NCBI RefSeq assembly: GCF_004010195.1
Contig: NC_057718.1
Coordinates: 72,142,071 to 72,206,070 of the forward strand
Source: Chiloscyllium plagiosum
Lineage: Eukaryota
DNA: 64,000 nt
Direction of reading: 5' to 3'
The notes under the pieces were generated by a model, which was given only the letters and a program-made list of their open reading frames with translations, had not been told where the DNA came from and ran no database searches. A program made the position numbers and the translations under genes. Below are positions 62,170-64,000 of this stretch, piece after piece (the first letter of the stretch is position 1; each line of letters begins with the position of its first letter).

Positions 62170-64000
62170 AGAGTCATAGAGATGTACAGCATGGAAACAG
62201 ACCCTTCGGTCCAACCCGTCCATGCCGACCAGATATCCCAACCCAATCTAGTCCCACCTGCCAGCACCTGGCCCATATCCCTCCAAACCCTTCCTATTCA
62301 TATACTCATCCAAATGCCTTTTACATGTTGCAATTGTACCAGCTTCCACCACTTCCTCTGGCAGCTCGTTCCATACACGTGCCACCCTCTGAGTGAAAAG
62401 GTTGCCCCATAGGTCTCTTTTATATCTTTCCCCTCTTACCCTAACCCTATGCCCTCTCATTCTGGGCTCCCCAACCCCAGGGAAAAGACCTTGTCTACTT
62501 ATTGTTTTCCATGCCCCTCATAATTTTGTAAACCAATATAAGGTCACCCTCAGCCTCCGATGCTCCAGGGAAAACAGCCCCACCCAGTTCAGCCTCTCCC
62601 TACAGCTCAAATTCTCCAACTCTGGCAACATCCTTGTAAATCTTTTCTGAACCCTTTCAAGTTTCACAACGTCTTTCCGATAGGAAGGAGACCAGAATTG
62701 CACGCAATATTCCAACAGTGGCTTAACCAATGTCCTGTACAGCTGCAACATGACCTCCCAACTCCTGTAGGAGAAAGTCAGGACTGCAGATGCTGGAGAT
62801 CAGAGCTGAAAATGTGTTGCTGGAAAAGCGCAGCAGGTCAGGCAGGCTCATGCCCAAAATGTCGATTCTCCTGCTCCTTGGATGCTGCCTTACCTGCTGC
62901 GCTTTTCCAGCAATACATTTTCAGCTCCCAACTCCTGTACTCAATACTCTGACCAATAAAAGAAAGCATACCAAATGCCTTCTTCACTATCCTATCTACC
63001 TGCGACTCCACTTTCAAGGAGCTATGAACCTGCATTCCAAGGTCTCTTTGTTCAGCAGCATTCCCTAGGACCTTACCATTAAGTGTATAAGTCCTGCTAA
63101 GATTTGCTTTCCCAAAATGTAGCACCTCGCATTTATCTGAATTAAACTCCATCTGCCACGTCTCAGCCCATTGACCCATCTGATCAAGATCCTGTTTTAA
63201 TCTGAGGTACCCTTCTTCGCTGTCCACTACACCTTCAATTTTGGTGTCATCTGCAAACTTACTAACTGTACCTGTTATGCTTGCATCCAAATCATTTATG
63301 TAAATGATAAAAGTACCCAGCACCAATCCTTGTGGCACTCCACTGGTCACAGGCCTCCACTCTGAAAAACAACCCCCCACCGCCACCCTTTGTCCTCTAC
63401 CTTTGAGCCAGTTCTGTTTCCAAATGGCTAGTTCTCCCTATATTCCATGAAATCTAACCTTGCTAACCAGTCTCCCATGGGTAACCTTGTCGAACGCCTT
63501 ACTGATGTCCACATAGATCACACCTACCACTCTGCCCTCATCAATTCTCTTTGTTACTTCTTCAAAAAACTCAATCAAGTTTGTGAGACATGATTTCCCA
63601 TGCTCAAAGCCATGTTGACTATCCCTAATCAGTCCTTGCCTTTCCAAATACATGTACATCCTGTCCCTCAGGAATCCCTCCAACAACTTGCCCACTACCG
63701 ACGTCAGGTTCTCTGGCCTATAATTCCCTGGTTTGTCTTTACTGCCCTTCTTAAACAGTGGCATCACGTTAGCCAACCTCCAGTCTCCCGGCACCTCACC
63801 TGTGACTATCGATGATACAAATATCTCAGCAAGAGGCCCAGCAATCACTTCTCTAACTTCCCACAGAGTTCTAGGGTACACCTGATCAGGTCCAGGGGAT
63901 TTATCCATCTTGATGCGTTTCAAGACACCCAGCACTTCCTCCTCTGAATTATGGACATTTTGCAATGTGTCACCATCTATTTCCCTACATTCTATATCTT
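62170..64000 (-). mobile_element. CR1 LINE 3' half, runs off the window end
   Basis: RT ORFs 63438-63965 and 62838-63386 (SGVPQG, SKFADDTK); same family as 13095-17490. Confidence 0.92.
62770..62924. mobile_element. Inverted-dimer PLE mini element with 15-bp TSD
   Basis: TSD CTCCCAACTCCTGTA (62755-62769, 62925-62939); internal inverted repeat of the mini-element tail. Confidence 0.85.

Overview
Vertebrate genomic DNA, most likely a shark or other elasmobranch, judged from HE1/V-SINE-like tRNA SINEs and the CR1/Penelope repeat complement. The window is dominated by nested, mostly decayed retroelements: CR1, L1, Tx1, Penelope-like (PLE), Ty3/gypsy with solo LTRs, and SINEs. It also holds a Tc1/mariner-type MITE, a hAT transposase fossil and two assembly gaps. 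The only recognisable host gene is GTF2H5 (TFIIH p8/TTDA) on the minus strand: coding exons 26555-26589 and 22612-22792 splice to an intact 71-aa protein, and a likely non-coding first exon and CCAAT/GC-box promoter lie at about 36.5-36.7 kb. Most notable observations: (i) ~90-bp ORF-less elements consisting of little more than a minimal hammerhead ribozyme, inserted with 15-16-bp target-site duplications, some with intact cores in the GTF2H5 pre-mRNA; (ii) an inverted 5'-end 18S rRNA fragment captured in an L1 ORF1; (iii) a 104-bp locally templated insertion in a CR1; (iv) a Gmr1-like gypsy element with SCAN-like gag and nested solo LTRs. Repeat boundaries were read by eye and are approximate unless a TSD is quoted.
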